From NCBI GenBank assembly GCA_016875015.1, contig VGSJ01000001.1:12889-76888 (forward strand): 64,000 nucleotides of DNA, written 5' to 3'. Shown one piece after another: positions 1 to 8,780 of the stretch (its first letter is position 1; every line of letters starts with the position of its first letter). The translations under genes were made by a program, and so were the position numbers. Under the pieces are notes generated by a model that saw only the letters and a list, made by a program, of their open reading frames with translations, ran no database searches and was not told the DNA's origin. Source of the stretch: Deltaproteobacteria bacterium. GTDB taxonomy: Bacteria > Desulfobacterota > Desulfobaccia > Desulfobaccales > 0-14-0-80-60-11.

Positions 1-1344
1 CGACCCCAGCGCGGTTTCGAGTTCGGGCAGGAGCCCGTCAAGGCGATTCCAGGACTCCCGTTCGGCCTCACCGAGCCCCCGGGGGAACCCCAGTTCCTGC
101 CAGGCGGCCTTAAGAAGGCGGCCCCACTGCCCCGCGGGGGCTGCGGGCAACTTCAGGGAGTTCCAGACCCGGTCCAGCCGCGGCAAAACCGCTCTATCCG
201 CCTCGGGGGGCCGGGATCGGAGCACCGCCTGGCGAAGCTGATCCCACCCCTGATCCACCCGCCGCTCCCGGAAAGCCCGGTCCCATTGGGCCGGTGGGCC
301 GCCATGGACCTGCACCTCTCCGTAATAAGGAGACAGGAGCAGGGAGACCAGGTCTTCCCGGCGCTCCCGGGCCGCGATAAAGGTCAGGGGCAGCAGGGCG
401 GCCCGGAACAGGGGGACTTCGGACAGGTTCGGCCCCTGGGAGAAATTGTAGGCCCAGCCCTCCGGGGACTGGGGCGGCCCCAGCAATTCGGCCAGGACTC
501 GCCGCAGCTGGGGAGTGTAAGCGTCGATGGCCAGGGCGGTGACTGCCAGGCGGTGCAGCGGCAGGCCGCTTCGGGCGAGTTCCACCAGCTGGGCCGCCAC
601 CCAATGCAGTTCCTGCCCGGGGTCGGGAAGAGCCACCGCCTGCCGCACGTTCTCAAGGTCGCCCCCCACCTGGAGGTGGACCACCTGGGTGCGGCGGCTG
701 ACCTCCTTAAGCCAGAGGTCTTCCATGGGCGCCGGGGTTTCCAGGCCCGCGACCAGGAGCCGGGGGGGTAGCTTGATCTTGCCCTCCCTAAGGGCGGTCG
801 TGAGATAGGCCGGGAGTTCCCCGGGGCTCAGCCAGCCCCCGGCCCGCAAGAGATCGACATAGATGCCGGTGACCCGACGGCGCCAGGCCACCAGCGGCGA
901 ATCCCCCTCGCCCGCGGTGGGGCGGGCGTCCCCGCCCGCCATCGAGTAGCGGCACAGGAGGGTGTGGGCTTCGTCTAAAGCCTGGGCCCAGACGAGCTCG
1001 GGGGTGGGGCCGGACGGCGGCGGGGCCGTTTGCAGGGCTTGACGCCACCGGGCCAGGCGCACCAGGGCCGGGGCCAAAGCTTCTTGGGGCCACAGCCCCT
1101 GGAAGAGCTCGGACCACCAGGCGTTGAGGGTGAAGAGCGGCAGCGGTTCCCAGGCGGAGCGGCCGGCCTCCAGCGCCGCCAGGCGCTGCCGGTGCCAGAC
1201 CTGGTGCGCCAGCCGCTGGTGGGGGACGACCGCCAGGGCGCCGGGGCCGGCGTGGGCCAGCAGGTAGTCTTGCAAGGCGGCGCCGGAGGGGAAGAATTTA
1301 TGAGGGGTGCCGAAAGACAAAGACATAACGCCTGGCATTTTCAT
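1..1344 (-). CDS. Large ORF cut by the left window edge (N-terminal 448 codons present); tentatively an AddB-like / PD-(D/E)XK-family DNA repair protein
   Basis: Hand translation of the minus strand from ATG 1344 (alternatives 1338, 1326) is stop-free down to nt 1. It is missing from the ORF track only because its stop lies outside the window. MKMPGVMSLSFGTPHKFF...VVPHQRLAHQVWHRQRLAALEAGRSAWEPLPLFTLNAWWSELF resembles N-termini of AddB-like 'probable DNA repair protein' families. Function is tentative. Confidence 0.5.
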   Translation of the reverse strand, partial: MKMPGVMSLSFGTPHKFFPSGAALQDYLLAHAGPGALAVVPHQRLAHQVWHRQRLAALEAGRSAWEPLPLFTLNAWWSELFQGLWPQEALAPALVRLARWRQALQTAPPPSGPTPELVWAQALDEAHTLLCRYSMAGGDARPTAGEGDSPLVAWRRRVTGIYVDLLRAGGWLSPGELPAYLTTALREGKIKLPPRLLVAGLETPAPMEDLWLKEVSRRTQVVHLQVGGDLENVRQAVALPDPGQELHWVAAQLVELARSGLPLHRLAVTALAIDAYTPQLRRVLAELLGPPQSPEGWAYNFSQGPNLSEVPLFRAALLPLTFIAARERREDLVSLLLSPYYGEVQVHGGPPAQWDRAFRERRVDQGWDQLRQAVLRSRPPEADRAVLPRLDRVWNSLKLPAAPAGQWGRLLKAAWQELGFPRGLGEAERESWNRLDGLLPELETALGS

Positions 1345-1404
1345 AGGCAATTCTTTGGTGGCGCCGGCGTCTCGCCGGGGCTTGGTGTATCAGGGTGCGC
1401 AGTG

Positions 1405-1435
1405 CCTACATGGCGGGCAATGCCCGCCCTACATT
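1405..1435. repeat. GC hairpin (GGCGGGCA-a-TGCCCGCC) flanked by direct CTACA, just downstream of ftsH
   Basis: Stem 1412-1428 read directly. It lies ~38 nt past the ftsH stop on the minus strand. There is no U-tract, so a terminator role is uncertain. Same style as the other GC hairpins in the window. Confidence 0.4.
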
Positions 1436-1465
1436 ACTGGCACGGAGGCCCGCGCTGCCATCATA

Positions 1466-3361
1466 TCAAGCGGTTTGCTCCTGGCCGTGGGAATTCAAAA
1501 TCTCCCGCAGTTCCTCGCCTTCCAGGACCTCTTTTTCCAGGAGGATTTTGGCGGCTTTCTCCAGGACCTCCCGGTCTTTTTCCAGGACATCTTTGGCCCG
1601 CTGGTGCGCTCGGTTCAGAAGCGCCGCCACCTCCTGGTCGATTTCCAAAGCCGTGGCTTCGCTGTAATCCTTGGAGCCGGGGGAGAGCATGGTGTCCAGG
1701 AACAGGGGGCGCCGCTCCCGCTCGAAGGTGATGGGCCCCAGGTGTTCGCTCATGCCGTACTCCCGCACCATGGAGCGGGCGATGTCCGTGGCCCGGTAGA
1801 GGTCGTTCTGGGCCCCGGTGGAAATCTCGTTGAAGGTCAACTCCTCGGCCACCCGGCCGCCCATCATTACGGCCATGCGGTCTTCCAGCTCGGTCTTGGT
1901 CATCAGGTAGCGGTCTTCGGTGGGCAGCTGCATGGTGTAGCCCAGGGCGCCGATGCCCCGGGGGATGATGGACACCCGGTGCACCCGGTCGGTGGTGGGC
2001 AGGGCTTCGGCCACCAGGGCATGGCCGGTCTCGTGATAAGCCACGATCTCTTTTTCCCTGGGGTTCATAACCCGGTTGCGCTTTTCCAGGCCGGCCACCA
2101 CCCGGTCGATGGCCGCCTCAAAGTCGTCCATCTCCACGCTGGACTTGTTTCTCCGGGCCGCCAGCAAGGCCGCTTCGTTGACGATGTTGGCCAAATCCGA
2201 CCCCACCATGCCGGGGGTGCGGGCCGCCAGGGTGTGGAGGTTGGCCTCCGGGGAGATCTTGATGTTCCGGGTATGGATCTTCAAAATATCTTCCCTACCC
2301 TTGAGGGAGGGCCGATCCACCAGGATGTGGCGGTCGAAGCGCCCGGGGCGGATCAGGGCCGGGTCCAGGATCTCCGGGCGGTTGGTGGCGGCCATGATGA
2401 TCACCCCTTTGCGGGTGTCGAAGCCGTCCATCTCGGACAACAGCTGGTTCAGGGTATTTTCCCGTTCTTCCGGGCCGCCCATGGGACTAAGGCCCCGGGC
2501 CTTGCCGATGGCGTCCAGTTCGTCGATGAAGATGATGCAGGGTGCCTTCTCCTGGGCCGTGGCAAAGAGATCTCGCACTCGGGCGGCGCCCACCCCCACG
2601 AACATTTCCACGAAATCGGAGCCGGACAGGCTCATAAAGGGGACCCCGGCCTCTCCGGCCACGGCCCGGGCCAGCAGGGTCTTGCCGGTGCCCGGGGGAC
2701 CCACCAGCAGGACGCCCTTGGGGAGGTTGCCCCCCAGGACCTGAAATTTGGCTGGGGTCTTCAAGAACTCGATGATTTCCTTCAGTTCCTCTTCGGCTTC
2801 TTCCACGCCGGCCACATCCTGGAAAGTGACCTTGGTTTCGTCCTGGACATAAACCTTGGCCTTACTCTTGCCCACGGTCATGAGGCCGCCGGCGCCGCTG
2901 CCGATCTTCCGGAAGAAGTAGACCCAGATGCCGATGAGGAGCAGGAAGGGGAACACCCAGGCCAGGAGAGACGTGAGCCAGGTCTTTTCCTGGACGGCGC
3001 GATAACTGATATTGTCCTTGGCCAGGAGCTTCACCAGATCCTGGTCTTCCAGCCTCACCGCCGAAAATATCGGCTTTTTCTTGTCAAACTGCTTTTCCAG
3101 GGTCTGGGGCAGGTCAGGCTTCTTTCTCTCTTTGGCCAATTCGTCGACGCCCTTGGGCAAAAGGCTGCCCGTGATGCTGTCAGTGCTGACGACCAGGTCA
3201 TCGACGCCCTTGATCTGCACCAGGTGGCGAAATTCGCTGTAACTGATCTCCACGGACTGTTGCATGGCGCTGTAATATTGAAAGATCGACAGCAACAGGA
3301 TTAAAGCCAGCACATACCAGACGCCGTAACGGGCCATGGAGGAGGGGGGGGGCTCGGTCAT
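1466..3361 (-). CDS. ftsH: ATP-dependent zinc metalloprotease FtsH
   Basis: 631 aa with N-terminal TM segments, Walker [12 protein letters not shown], Walker B IIFIDELD, an SRH region and the Zn motif HETGHAL. Full-length FtsH architecture. Confidence 0.97.
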   Translation of the reverse strand: MTEPPPSSMARYGVWYVLALILLLSIFQYYSAMQQSVEISYSEFRHLVQIKGVDDLVVSTDSITGSLLPKGVDELAKERKKPDLPQTLEKQFDKKKPIFSAVRLEDQDLVKLLAKDNISYRAVQEKTWLTSLLAWVFPFLLLIGIWVYFFRKIGSGAGGLMTVGKSKAKVYVQDETKVTFQDVAGVEEAEEELKEIIEFLKTPAKFQVLGGNLPKGVLLVGPPGTGKTLLARAVAGEAGVPFMSLSGSDFVEMFVGVGAARVRDLFATAQEKAPCIIFIDELDAIGKARGLSPMGGPEERENTLNQLLSEMDGFDTRKGVIIMAATNRPEILDPALIRPGRFDRHILVDRPSLKGREDILKIHTRNIKISPEANLHTLAARTPGMVGSDLANIVNEAALLAARRNKSSVEMDDFEAAIDRVVAGLEKRNRVMNPREKEIVAYHETGHALVAEALPTTDRVHRVSIIPRGIGALGYTMQLPTEDRYLMTKTELEDRMAVMMGGRVAEELTFNEISTGAQNDLYRATDIARSMVREYGMSEHLGPITFERERRPLFLDTMLSPGSKDYSEATALEIDQEVAALLNRAHQRAKDVLEKDREVLEKAAKILLEKEVLEGEELREILNSHGQEQTA

Positions 3362-3517
3362 GATTACCTCATACCTCTTTATTACCGGGTAGTTCGCTGC
3401 ACATAATATAACGATTGAGGCGGGATAAGCAACCTGATCTTCCCGGGGCCTTGCGGACGGGTCGCGTCCTGCTTATGATATAAAAATATCCCTTTGCCGG
3501 GCCGCAGGAAAATTTGA

Positions 3518-3550
3518 CTGTAGGGGCGGGTTTAAAACCCGCCCCTACAG
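3518..3550. repeat. Perfect hairpin repeat CTGTAGGGGCGGGTTT-a-AAACCCGCCCCTACAG
   Basis: Read directly in the ftsH/small-ORF intergenic region. Member of the GTAGGGGCGG...CCGCCCCTAC hairpin family also seen at 7263-7295 and inside the MITE-like elements. Confidence 0.8.
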
Positions 3551-3608
3551 ATGCTTGGTAGATTTGATTGAAGTCGATACGGACAATTTGCCATCTAAGG
3601 AGCGACGC

Positions 3609-3833
3609 ATGGAAAACGAATTAAAGAATCTGGATATTGATAAACTCCCCCTGCCCAAGCTGGTGGAGGCACTGCGCCAGGCCGCCAAACGCTGCCAGTG
3701 CGAGGGGACCCGGGAAGCCATCTTTACCGCCCGGGGCCGGGATAATGTCGTAAATTGTCTGGCGTGCGAACCGATCTATGATGTCCTGGAATCGTTAGAA
3801 AAGGCGCTGAAAATCCTGCAACCGGGGAAATAG
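3609..3833 (+). CDS. Small Cys-rich hypothetical protein (74 aa)
   Basis: ATG at 3609 is preceded by AAGGAG (3597-3602, 6-nt spacer). The track ORF begins at an upstream TTG (3555). Contains CxC (CQCEG) and CxxC (CLACEP) pairs. No family recognised. Confidence 0.55.
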   Translation: MENELKNLDIDKLPLPKLVEALRQAAKRCQCEGTREAIFTARGRDNVVNCLACEPIYDVLESLEKALKILQPGK

Positions 3834-3850
3834 GGTTTCCGATAAACCAG

Positions 3851-3880
3851 AAAAAAAACCGGCGGGCACGGAGGCCCGCC
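3851..3880 (-). terminator. Rho-independent terminator downstream of ruvB
   Basis: On the minus strand: GGCGGGCCTCCGTGCCCGCC hairpin followed by GG + TTTTTTTT (plus-strand A8 run at 3851-3858), ~50 nt after the ruvB stop. A second GC hairpin lies at 3905-3924. Confidence 0.75.
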
Positions 3881-3932
3881 TGACCAGAAAAGCCCGGGCG
3901 GCGGGGCGGCCGTCTCTGGCCGCCTGATCCCC

Positions 3933-4958
3933 CTAAAACAAGGCGGGGTGCGCCCCTTTGCGGGGCAGCTTGGCGAAATACTCTGCGGCCCGGTTGGTGG
4001 CCATGCGGCCCCGGGGGGTGCGCTGCAAGAAGCCGCATTGGATCAGGTAGGGCTCGTAGACATCTTCCAGGGTGTCTTCCTCTTCGCACAGGGCCGCGGC
4101 CAGGGTTCCCAGGCCCACCGGCCCGCCGTCGTACTTCTCCAGGATGGTGAGCAGGATCTGGCGGTCCATGCGGTCGAACCCCAACTCGTCCACGTCCAGC
4201 AGGGTGAGGGCGGCGTCGGCGCAGTCCCGGGTGATGCGGCCGTCACTCCGCACCTGGGCGTAATCCCGCACGCGTTTCAGGAGACGGTTGGCAATGCGGG
4301 GGGTCCCCCGGGAGCGCCGGGCGATTTCCCAGGTTCCATCGGCATCTATCTCCACCCCCAGCACCTGGGCGGCCCGGCGGGTGATCTGGGCCAGATCTTC
4401 CACCCGGTAAAATTCCACCCGGAGCATCAAACCGAAGCGGTCTCGCAAGGCCGGAGTGAGGAGACCGGCCCGGGTGGTGGCTCCCACCAGGGTGAAATGG
4501 GGCAACTCCAGCTTTAGAGAGCGGGCCCCCGGCCCCTGGCCGATGATGAGGTCCAGGCGGAAGTCCTCCATCGCCGGATAGAGGATTTCTTCCACTATCG
4601 TGGGCAGGCGGTGGACTTCGTCAATGAACAGGACATCCTTGGGAGCCAGGTTGGTGAGCAGGGCCGCCAGATCCCCGGCCCGCTCCACCACCGGTCCCGA
4701 CGTGGACTTGATGCCCCCGCCCATTTCGTGGGCGACGATAAAAGCCAGGGTGGTCTTGCCCAAACCCGGGGGACCGTGCACCAGGATGTGGTCCACCGGC
4801 TCGCCCCGGCCCAGGGCCGCAGCCAGAGCAATCTCAAGGTTGCGCCGCAGTTCCTCCTGGCCCACGAACTCGGCCAGACTCCGGGGCCGCAACCCCGCCT
4901 CCAACCCCAGGTCCTCCGCCTGGAGCCGAGGATTGACGATGCGTTCTTCCTCGCTCAT
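3933..4958 (-). CDS. ruvB: Holliday junction branch migration DNA helicase RuvB
   Basis: 341 aa. [19 protein letters not shown], Walker [12 protein letters not shown], Walker [10 protein letters not shown], and a C-terminal winged-helix region typical of RuvB. Confidence 0.97.
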   Translation of the reverse strand: MSEEERIVNPRLQAEDLGLEAGLRPRSLAEFVGQEELRRNLEIALAAALGRGEPVDHILVHGPPGLGKTTLAFIVAHEMGGGIKSTSGPVVERAGDLAALLTNLAPKDVLFIDEVHRLPTIVEEILYPAMEDFRLDLIIGQGPGARSLKLELPHFTLVGATTRAGLLTPALRDRFGLMLRVEFYRVEDLAQITRRAAQVLGVEIDADGTWEIARRSRGTPRIANRLLKRVRDYAQVRSDGRITRDCADAALTLLDVDELGFDRMDRQILLTILEKYDGGPVGLGTLAAALCEEEDTLEDVYEPYLIQCGFLQRTPRGRMATNRAAEYFAKLPRKGAHPALF

Positions 4959-5098
4959 GTGAGGCTAATGTACCCCAGCCTAAGCAGCTTTGCAAGCGGG
5001 GCGGCTTGCCTCAAATCCAGAAAACCTTGGCCCCAAGGCCCAGGTTTGATAGACTTAGCTTAGACCATGGGCGTAAATAAGAAAGAAAGGCATGCGGT

Positions 5099-5509
5099 AT
5101 GGAGGAAACAACTAAAAATAAATCATCGGTAAAAGTTCGCAATCCTAGCGATCACATGGCAAATGAGAGGACATTTCTTGCCTGGATCAGAACAAGCATT
5201 GGCATAATGGCATTTGGTTTTGTCGTCGAGAAGTTTGCGTTTTTCATGAAAAATTTATCATCATTTTTGGGAAAATCAGTTGCTCATGAATCTGCCCCCT
5301 CTTCGGTAGGATATTCATCGATTTTTGGCATAGTCCTGGTTGCGTTCGGGGCCTTGATGGGAGTACTTGCATTTATTAGATATAAAAAGGTCGAAAAAGA
5401 AATCGATGAAGATACATATCGACCGTCATTATTGCTTGATATCCTTCTTACCCTCCTCGTCATTGGTATGGGGGCTTTCTTTGTAGTTTACATGATTTAT
5501 AATATTTAA
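5099..5509 (+). CDS. DUF202 (YidH-like) small membrane protein
   Basis: 136 aa. ANERTFLAWIRTSIGIMAFGF is the DUF202 signature, and there are three predicted TM helices. The gene is visibly AT-rich compared with its flanks. Confidence 0.8.
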   Translation: MEETTKNKSSVKVRNPSDHMANERTFLAWIRTSIGIMAFGFVVEKFAFFMKNLSSFLGKSVAHESAPSSVGYSSIFGIVLVAFGALMGVLAFIRYKKVEKEIDEDTYRPSLLLDILLTLLVIGMGAFFVVYMIYNI

Positions 5510-5529
5510 ACCCTCTTCTATATTTTATT

Positions 5530-6477
5530 ATGCAACTTGCGATATCCGCACAGGGAATCGGCAAGGGTTTCCGCACCGGGCTGTGGGGCCCGGTCAAGCC
5601 GGTGCTCCGGCAGGTGGACCTCACGGTCGCGCCCGGGGCCATCTTCGGCGTGCTGGGGCCCAATGGCGCCGGCAAGACCACCCTCATTTCGATTTTGGCC
5701 ACTCTGCTGTTGCCGGACACCGGCCGGGCCAAGGTATTGGGCCTGGATGTGGTCCGGGAGGCGGCCCGCCTCAAGGAGCGCATCAACCTGGCGGCCAGCG
5801 GCGCCCATTTCCTCTGGTGCATGACGGTTTCGGACAGCCTCAGGTTCTACGGCCGGCTTTACGGGTTGGGAGGCCGGGCCTTGACGAACAAGGTGGAAAA
5901 GCTCCTGGACTTATTCGGGCTGGCGGAACACCGGGCGGTTACCTTCGAGCGGCTCTCCACCGGCCTCAAACAGCGTCTCGCTTTGGCCAAGGCCCTCATC
6001 AACGACCCCGAACTGCTTTTCCTGGACGAACCCACGTCGGGCCTTGACCAGGAGATGGCGCAGCATATCCGGGAGGAGATTCTCCGGCTCAACCGGGAGA
6101 CCGGGGTCACCATGCTCCTGACCACCCACAACCTGCGGGAGGCTGAGATGCTGTGCACCGAGGTGGCCTTCTTAAAAGGGGGCCAACTGATCAGCGAAGG
6201 CCGCATCCCGGATTTGCAGCGGCGCCTGGGGTTGGGGGACCACCTGAGCCTGATCTTTAAGGACTCCCCGGCGCCGCTGGACTACGGCCGCCTGCCCGGG
6301 GTGTTGCGCTACACGGTGCAGGACTCCCGGGTGGACCTGGTGCTGGACCGGGTGGACGAGCGGCTGCCGGCTATCCTGGAGGCCGTGTATTTGATGGGAA
6401 AGAAGCTGACTAAGGTGGTGGTCAAGCCCGTGGACCTGGAAGAAATTTACCATGAAATTACGCACTCACCTGAATAA
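5530..6477 (+). CDS. ABC transporter ATP-binding protein (ABC-2 / DrrA-like subfamily)
   Basis: 315 aa. Walker A GPNGAGKTT, signature LSTGLKQRL, Walker B LLFLDEPTSGLD, H-loop TTHNL. Confidence 0.92.
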   Translation: MQLAISAQGIGKGFRTGLWGPVKPVLRQVDLTVAPGAIFGVLGPNGAGKTTLISILATLLLPDTGRAKVLGLDVVREAARLKERINLAASGAHFLWCMTVSDSLRFYGRLYGLGGRALTNKVEKLLDLFGLAEHRAVTFERLSTGLKQRLALAKALINDPELLFLDEPTSGLDQEMAQHIREEILRLNRETGVTMLLTTHNLREAEMLCTEVAFLKGGQLISEGRIPDLQRRLGLGDHLSLIFKDSPAPLDYGRLPGVLRYTVQDSRVDLVLDRVDERLPAILEAVYLMGKKLTKVVVKPVDLEEIYHEITHSPE

Positions 6478-7246
6478 GATCTGGGCCTTCAGCACCCGCA
6501 GCACCCTGGTGAACCGGCGCAACGTCTTCGCCATCTTCGAGATGGTGTTCTGGCCGCTCATCGGCGTTTTTTCCGTGGGTCTCTTGACCCGGTTCCTGAG
6601 CCTGTCGGGGGAAACGGTGTCCTTTATCCTCATCGGCGCGGTGACCATGAACACCGTCCAGATTGCCCAGTTGGACCTGTCTTACGCCCTGCTCTATTCC
6701 GTCTGGTCCAAGAGCCTGAAACATGAATTCATCGCCCCGGTGCGCCTGTTCCACATCCTCGTGGGCTCGGGCCTGGTGGGGTTGGTCCGGGGCTTGCTGG
6801 TCTTTGTGATCATGGGAGGTCTGAGCGTCTACTTTTTCGACATGGATCTGGGGCGGCCCGGCCCGGCGGGGCTGATCTTCTTTCTCCTGGGCATATTTCT
6901 GAACGCCGCCATTATCGGGGCCCTGGTCCTGTCGTTGGTGCTGCGTTTCGGCCAGCGGGCCGAAGTGGCGGCCTGGGCCTTTTCCTACCTCATGCTGCTC
7001 CTGTGCGGCCTCTACTATCCGGTCAGCGTGCTGCCCCAGGGGGTCCAGTTCCTGGCGCAGCTCATTCCGCTCACCTATTTTCTCGATTATTTCCGGCACT
7101 TCTATGGCTTCCCCCTGACGTCCAGCCACCCCCTGCTTTACGGGTTCTCCCAAACTGTGGTATACCTGTTCGTCAGCTACGGCTTGGTCGCCCTGAGCTT
7201 GCGGTCCGCTTACCAGCGGGGCATTTTACTGCGGTTGTCGGATTAA
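6452..7246 (+). CDS. ABC-2 type transporter permease
   Basis: 264 aa, about 6 hydrophobic helices. The start overlaps the ATPase stop by 26 nt, which suggests translational coupling. Confidence 0.8.
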   Translation: MKLRTHLNKIWAFSTRSTLVNRRNVFAIFEMVFWPLIGVFSVGLLTRFLSLSGETVSFILIGAVTMNTVQIAQLDLSYALLYSVWSKSLKHEFIAPVRLFHILVGSGLVGLVRGLLVFVIMGGLSVYFFDMDLGRPGPAGLIFFLLGIFLNAAIIGALVLSLVLRFGQRAEVAAWAFSYLMLLLCGLYYPVSVLPQGVQFLAQLIPLTYFLDYFRHFYGFPLTSSHPLLYGFSQTVVYLFVSYGLVALSLRSAYQRGILLRLSD

Positions 7247-7262
7247 ATGCCGGACCAGAACG

Positions 7263-7295
7263 CGGCCGGGGCGGGTTTGAAACCCGCCCCGGCCG
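7263..7295. repeat. Hairpin repeat CGGCCGGGGCGGGTTTGAAACCCGCCCCGGCCG
   Basis: Perfect GC stem read directly, 17 nt after the permease stop. The GGGGCGGGTTT(G/A)AAACCCGCCCC core is shared with the 3518-3550 copy. No T-tract. Confidence 0.7.
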
Positions 7296-7322
7296 ACTAT
7301 CCCAGAGGCTCTGTCTTTTAAC

Positions 7323-7343
7323 TGAAAACCGAAAACTGAAAAC
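7323..7343 (+). repeat. 3 x 7-bp tandem repeat (TGAAAAC CGAAAAC TGAAAAC) just upstream of murI
   Basis: Read directly. It ends 10 nt before the murI ATG. Confidence 0.7.
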
Positions 7344-7353
7344 GGTATTGAGT

Positions 7354-8151
7354 ATGATCGGCGTGTTTGATTCGGGCTTCGGCGGGCTGGTGGTCTTGCG
7401 GGAGTTTTTGCAGGTCCTGCCGGATTATGACTACCTCTACCTGGGGGACAATGCCCGGATTCCTTACGGCACCCGGTCCGACCAGGTGGTGATCCGCTTC
7501 ACCGAGCAGGCGGTGGATTATCTCTTCCGCCAGGGCTGCCGGCTCATCATCCTGGCCTGTCACACCGCCTCGGCCCGGGCCTTGCGGCGCATCCAGCAGG
7601 TCTGGCTGCCGGCCCGCTACCCCGGCCTTCGGGTCCTGGGGGTGCTGATCCCCACGGTGGAAGAGGCCGTGGCCCGGACCCGGGTGAAGCGCATCGGGGT
7701 CATCGCTACCGAGGGCACCGTGATCTCCCAGTCTTTCGATCTGGAGCTGAAAAAACTCGACCCCGAGGTTGCGGTCGTCCAGCAGGCCTGTCCGCTCCTG
7801 GTGCCCATCATCGAGAGCGGGGAGCAGGAGTGGGAAGGCGCCACCCTGATCCTGCGCCGCTATCTGGCCCCCTTCCAGGGCGTGGACACCCTGATCCTGG
7901 GCTGCACCCACTATTCCATCTTGAAAGACCAGATCAGGGCCATCCTGGGCCCCGGCCACGATCTGATCTGCTCCGGCCAGGTCACCGCGGCCAAGCTGGC
8001 GGATTACCTCAATCGCCATCCCGAGATGGAGAGCCGCTTAAGCCGGGGCGGGACCCGCCGTTACCTCACCACCGACCTGACGCCGCGCTTTCAGCAGTTG
8101 GCCAGCCTGTTCATGGGTCATCCCCTGATCTCCGAACTGGTGGAGTTGTGA
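7354..8151 (+). CDS. murI: Glutamate racemase
   Basis: The conserved N-terminus MIGVFDSGFGGL starts at ATG 7354. ILACHTAS and LGCTHY carry the two catalytic Cys. The track ORF (7003) is an upstream read-through extension overlapping the permease gene. Confidence 0.93.
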   Translation: MIGVFDSGFGGLVVLREFLQVLPDYDYLYLGDNARIPYGTRSDQVVIRFTEQAVDYLFRQGCRLIILACHTASARALRRIQQVWLPARYPGLRVLGVLIPTVEEAVARTRVKRIGVIATEGTVISQSFDLELKKLDPEVAVVQQACPLLVPIIESGEQEWEGATLILRRYLAPFQGVDTLILGCTHYSILKDQIRAILGPGHDLICSGQVTAAKLADYLNRHPEMESRLSRGGTRRYLTTDLTPRFQQLASLFMGHPLISELVEL

Positions 8152-8241
8152 AGCAGCGGCCAGTGGTCAGTTGCCAGTTAAGAAAACTCCTTCTGCATTC
8201 AAACTCAGAATCCTGGCTATCCACGAAACCAAGTACGCCTT

Positions 8242-8378
8242 ATACCAAGTTGCGCTCATAGAAGTAAGAAAAGCTGTTGTCGGGGCGCACCTGCGTGTGC
8301 GCCCTCTTGTGGGCGGACACATGGGTCCGCCCCTACACAAGAAAAAGGTAAATTACCTGTATGATCGCAACTTGGTAT
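8242..8378 (-). mobile_element. MITE-like element, family A copy 1 (137 bp; terminal inverted repeats ATACCAAGTTGCG...CGCAACTTGGTAT; two internal GC hairpins)
   Basis: Termini are inverted repeats of each other. Internal hairpins lie at 8283-8304 and 8311-8332. The reverse complement aligns along its length with the 8832-8969 copy. Confidence 0.7.
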
Positions 8379-8701
8379 CACGGGTTCCCCGTCTCCTCAG
8401 GCGTTGGCGCTTCGGGTTCGGGTTCGGGCTCAGGCTGGGGAAGAGGCTCCACTACCTCCGGAGCGGGCGGGGTAGCGATTGGCCCTCTGGAAGAGCCAGA
8501 AGGAATTCCGGCCCGATTCTCAACGCCCGGCTTTTTCTCATCAGGGGTCTTATCCGGTAAGTTATTGGTGATGTGCACAGTTCCCTGACTGTCAGTAAAC
8601 CGTTGAATCTTTCCGTAGGCCGTCGAAGACGCACAGATCCACAATCCCAAAGTAAGCATGAAAAATTTTATCAGGACAGGCAACCTGCGCTCTTTCCGCA
8701 A
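8378..8701 (-). CDS. Small secreted protein, DUF4124-like N-terminal domain with a Pro/Glu-rich tail
   Basis: 107 aa from a TTG start (internal ATG 14 codons in). Signal peptide ...LGLWICASSTAYG, then KIQRFTDSQGTVHITNNLP (the DUF4124 pattern), then a PEPEPEPE tail. The stop abuts the end of MITE copy A1. Confidence 0.6.
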   Translation of the reverse strand: MRKERRLPVLIKFFMLTLGLWICASSTAYGKIQRFTDSQGTVHITNNLPDKTPDEKKPGVENRAGIPSGSSRGPIATPPAPEVVEPLPQPEPEPEPEAPTPEETGNP

Positions 8702-8780
8702 ACCTAATCAGCAGCCCGCGAACCGGCCCCGGCGGCTTCTTGGACATAACATTACCGTTAAACAGCCCTCTATTGCAAGT

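Noticed and set aside
194-1731. Four short ORFs in the track (194-604 -, 286-771 +, 788-1117 -, 1030-1731 +)
   Set aside because: All are overlapped by the uninterrupted minus-strand frame 1-1344, which has a more protein-like sequence. The short ORFs are Pro/Gly/Arg-rich out-of-frame or antisense artefacts.
1307-3304. 665-aa plus-strand ORF covering almost the whole ftsH locus
   Set aside because: It is antisense to an unmistakable FtsH gene. The translation is low-complexity (Gly/Ala/Pro/His/Val-rich) with no motifs. This is a typical shadow ORF in GC-rich DNA.
5530-7246. The ABC-2 ATPase/permease pair as the missing exporter (Wzm/Wzt) of the glycan cluster
   Set aside because: It lies 23 kb away on the opposite strand, separated by unrelated genes. 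The ATPase looks DrrA/CcmA-like rather than Wzt-like (no C-terminal carbohydrate-binding extension). There is no evidence for a link.
7003-7353. 117-codon N-terminal extension of murI in the track ORF
   Set aside because: The extension overlaps the ABC-2 permease gene and the hairpin repeat. The universally conserved MurI N-terminus (MIGVFDSGFGG) begins at ATG 7354.
8171-8560. 129-aa and 75-aa plus-strand ORFs across 8171-8588
   Set aside because: They read through the family A MITE-like repeat and the antisense strand of the DUF4124-like gene. The 'protein' consists largely of translated hairpin repeat (VGAHLRVRPLVGGHMGPPL).
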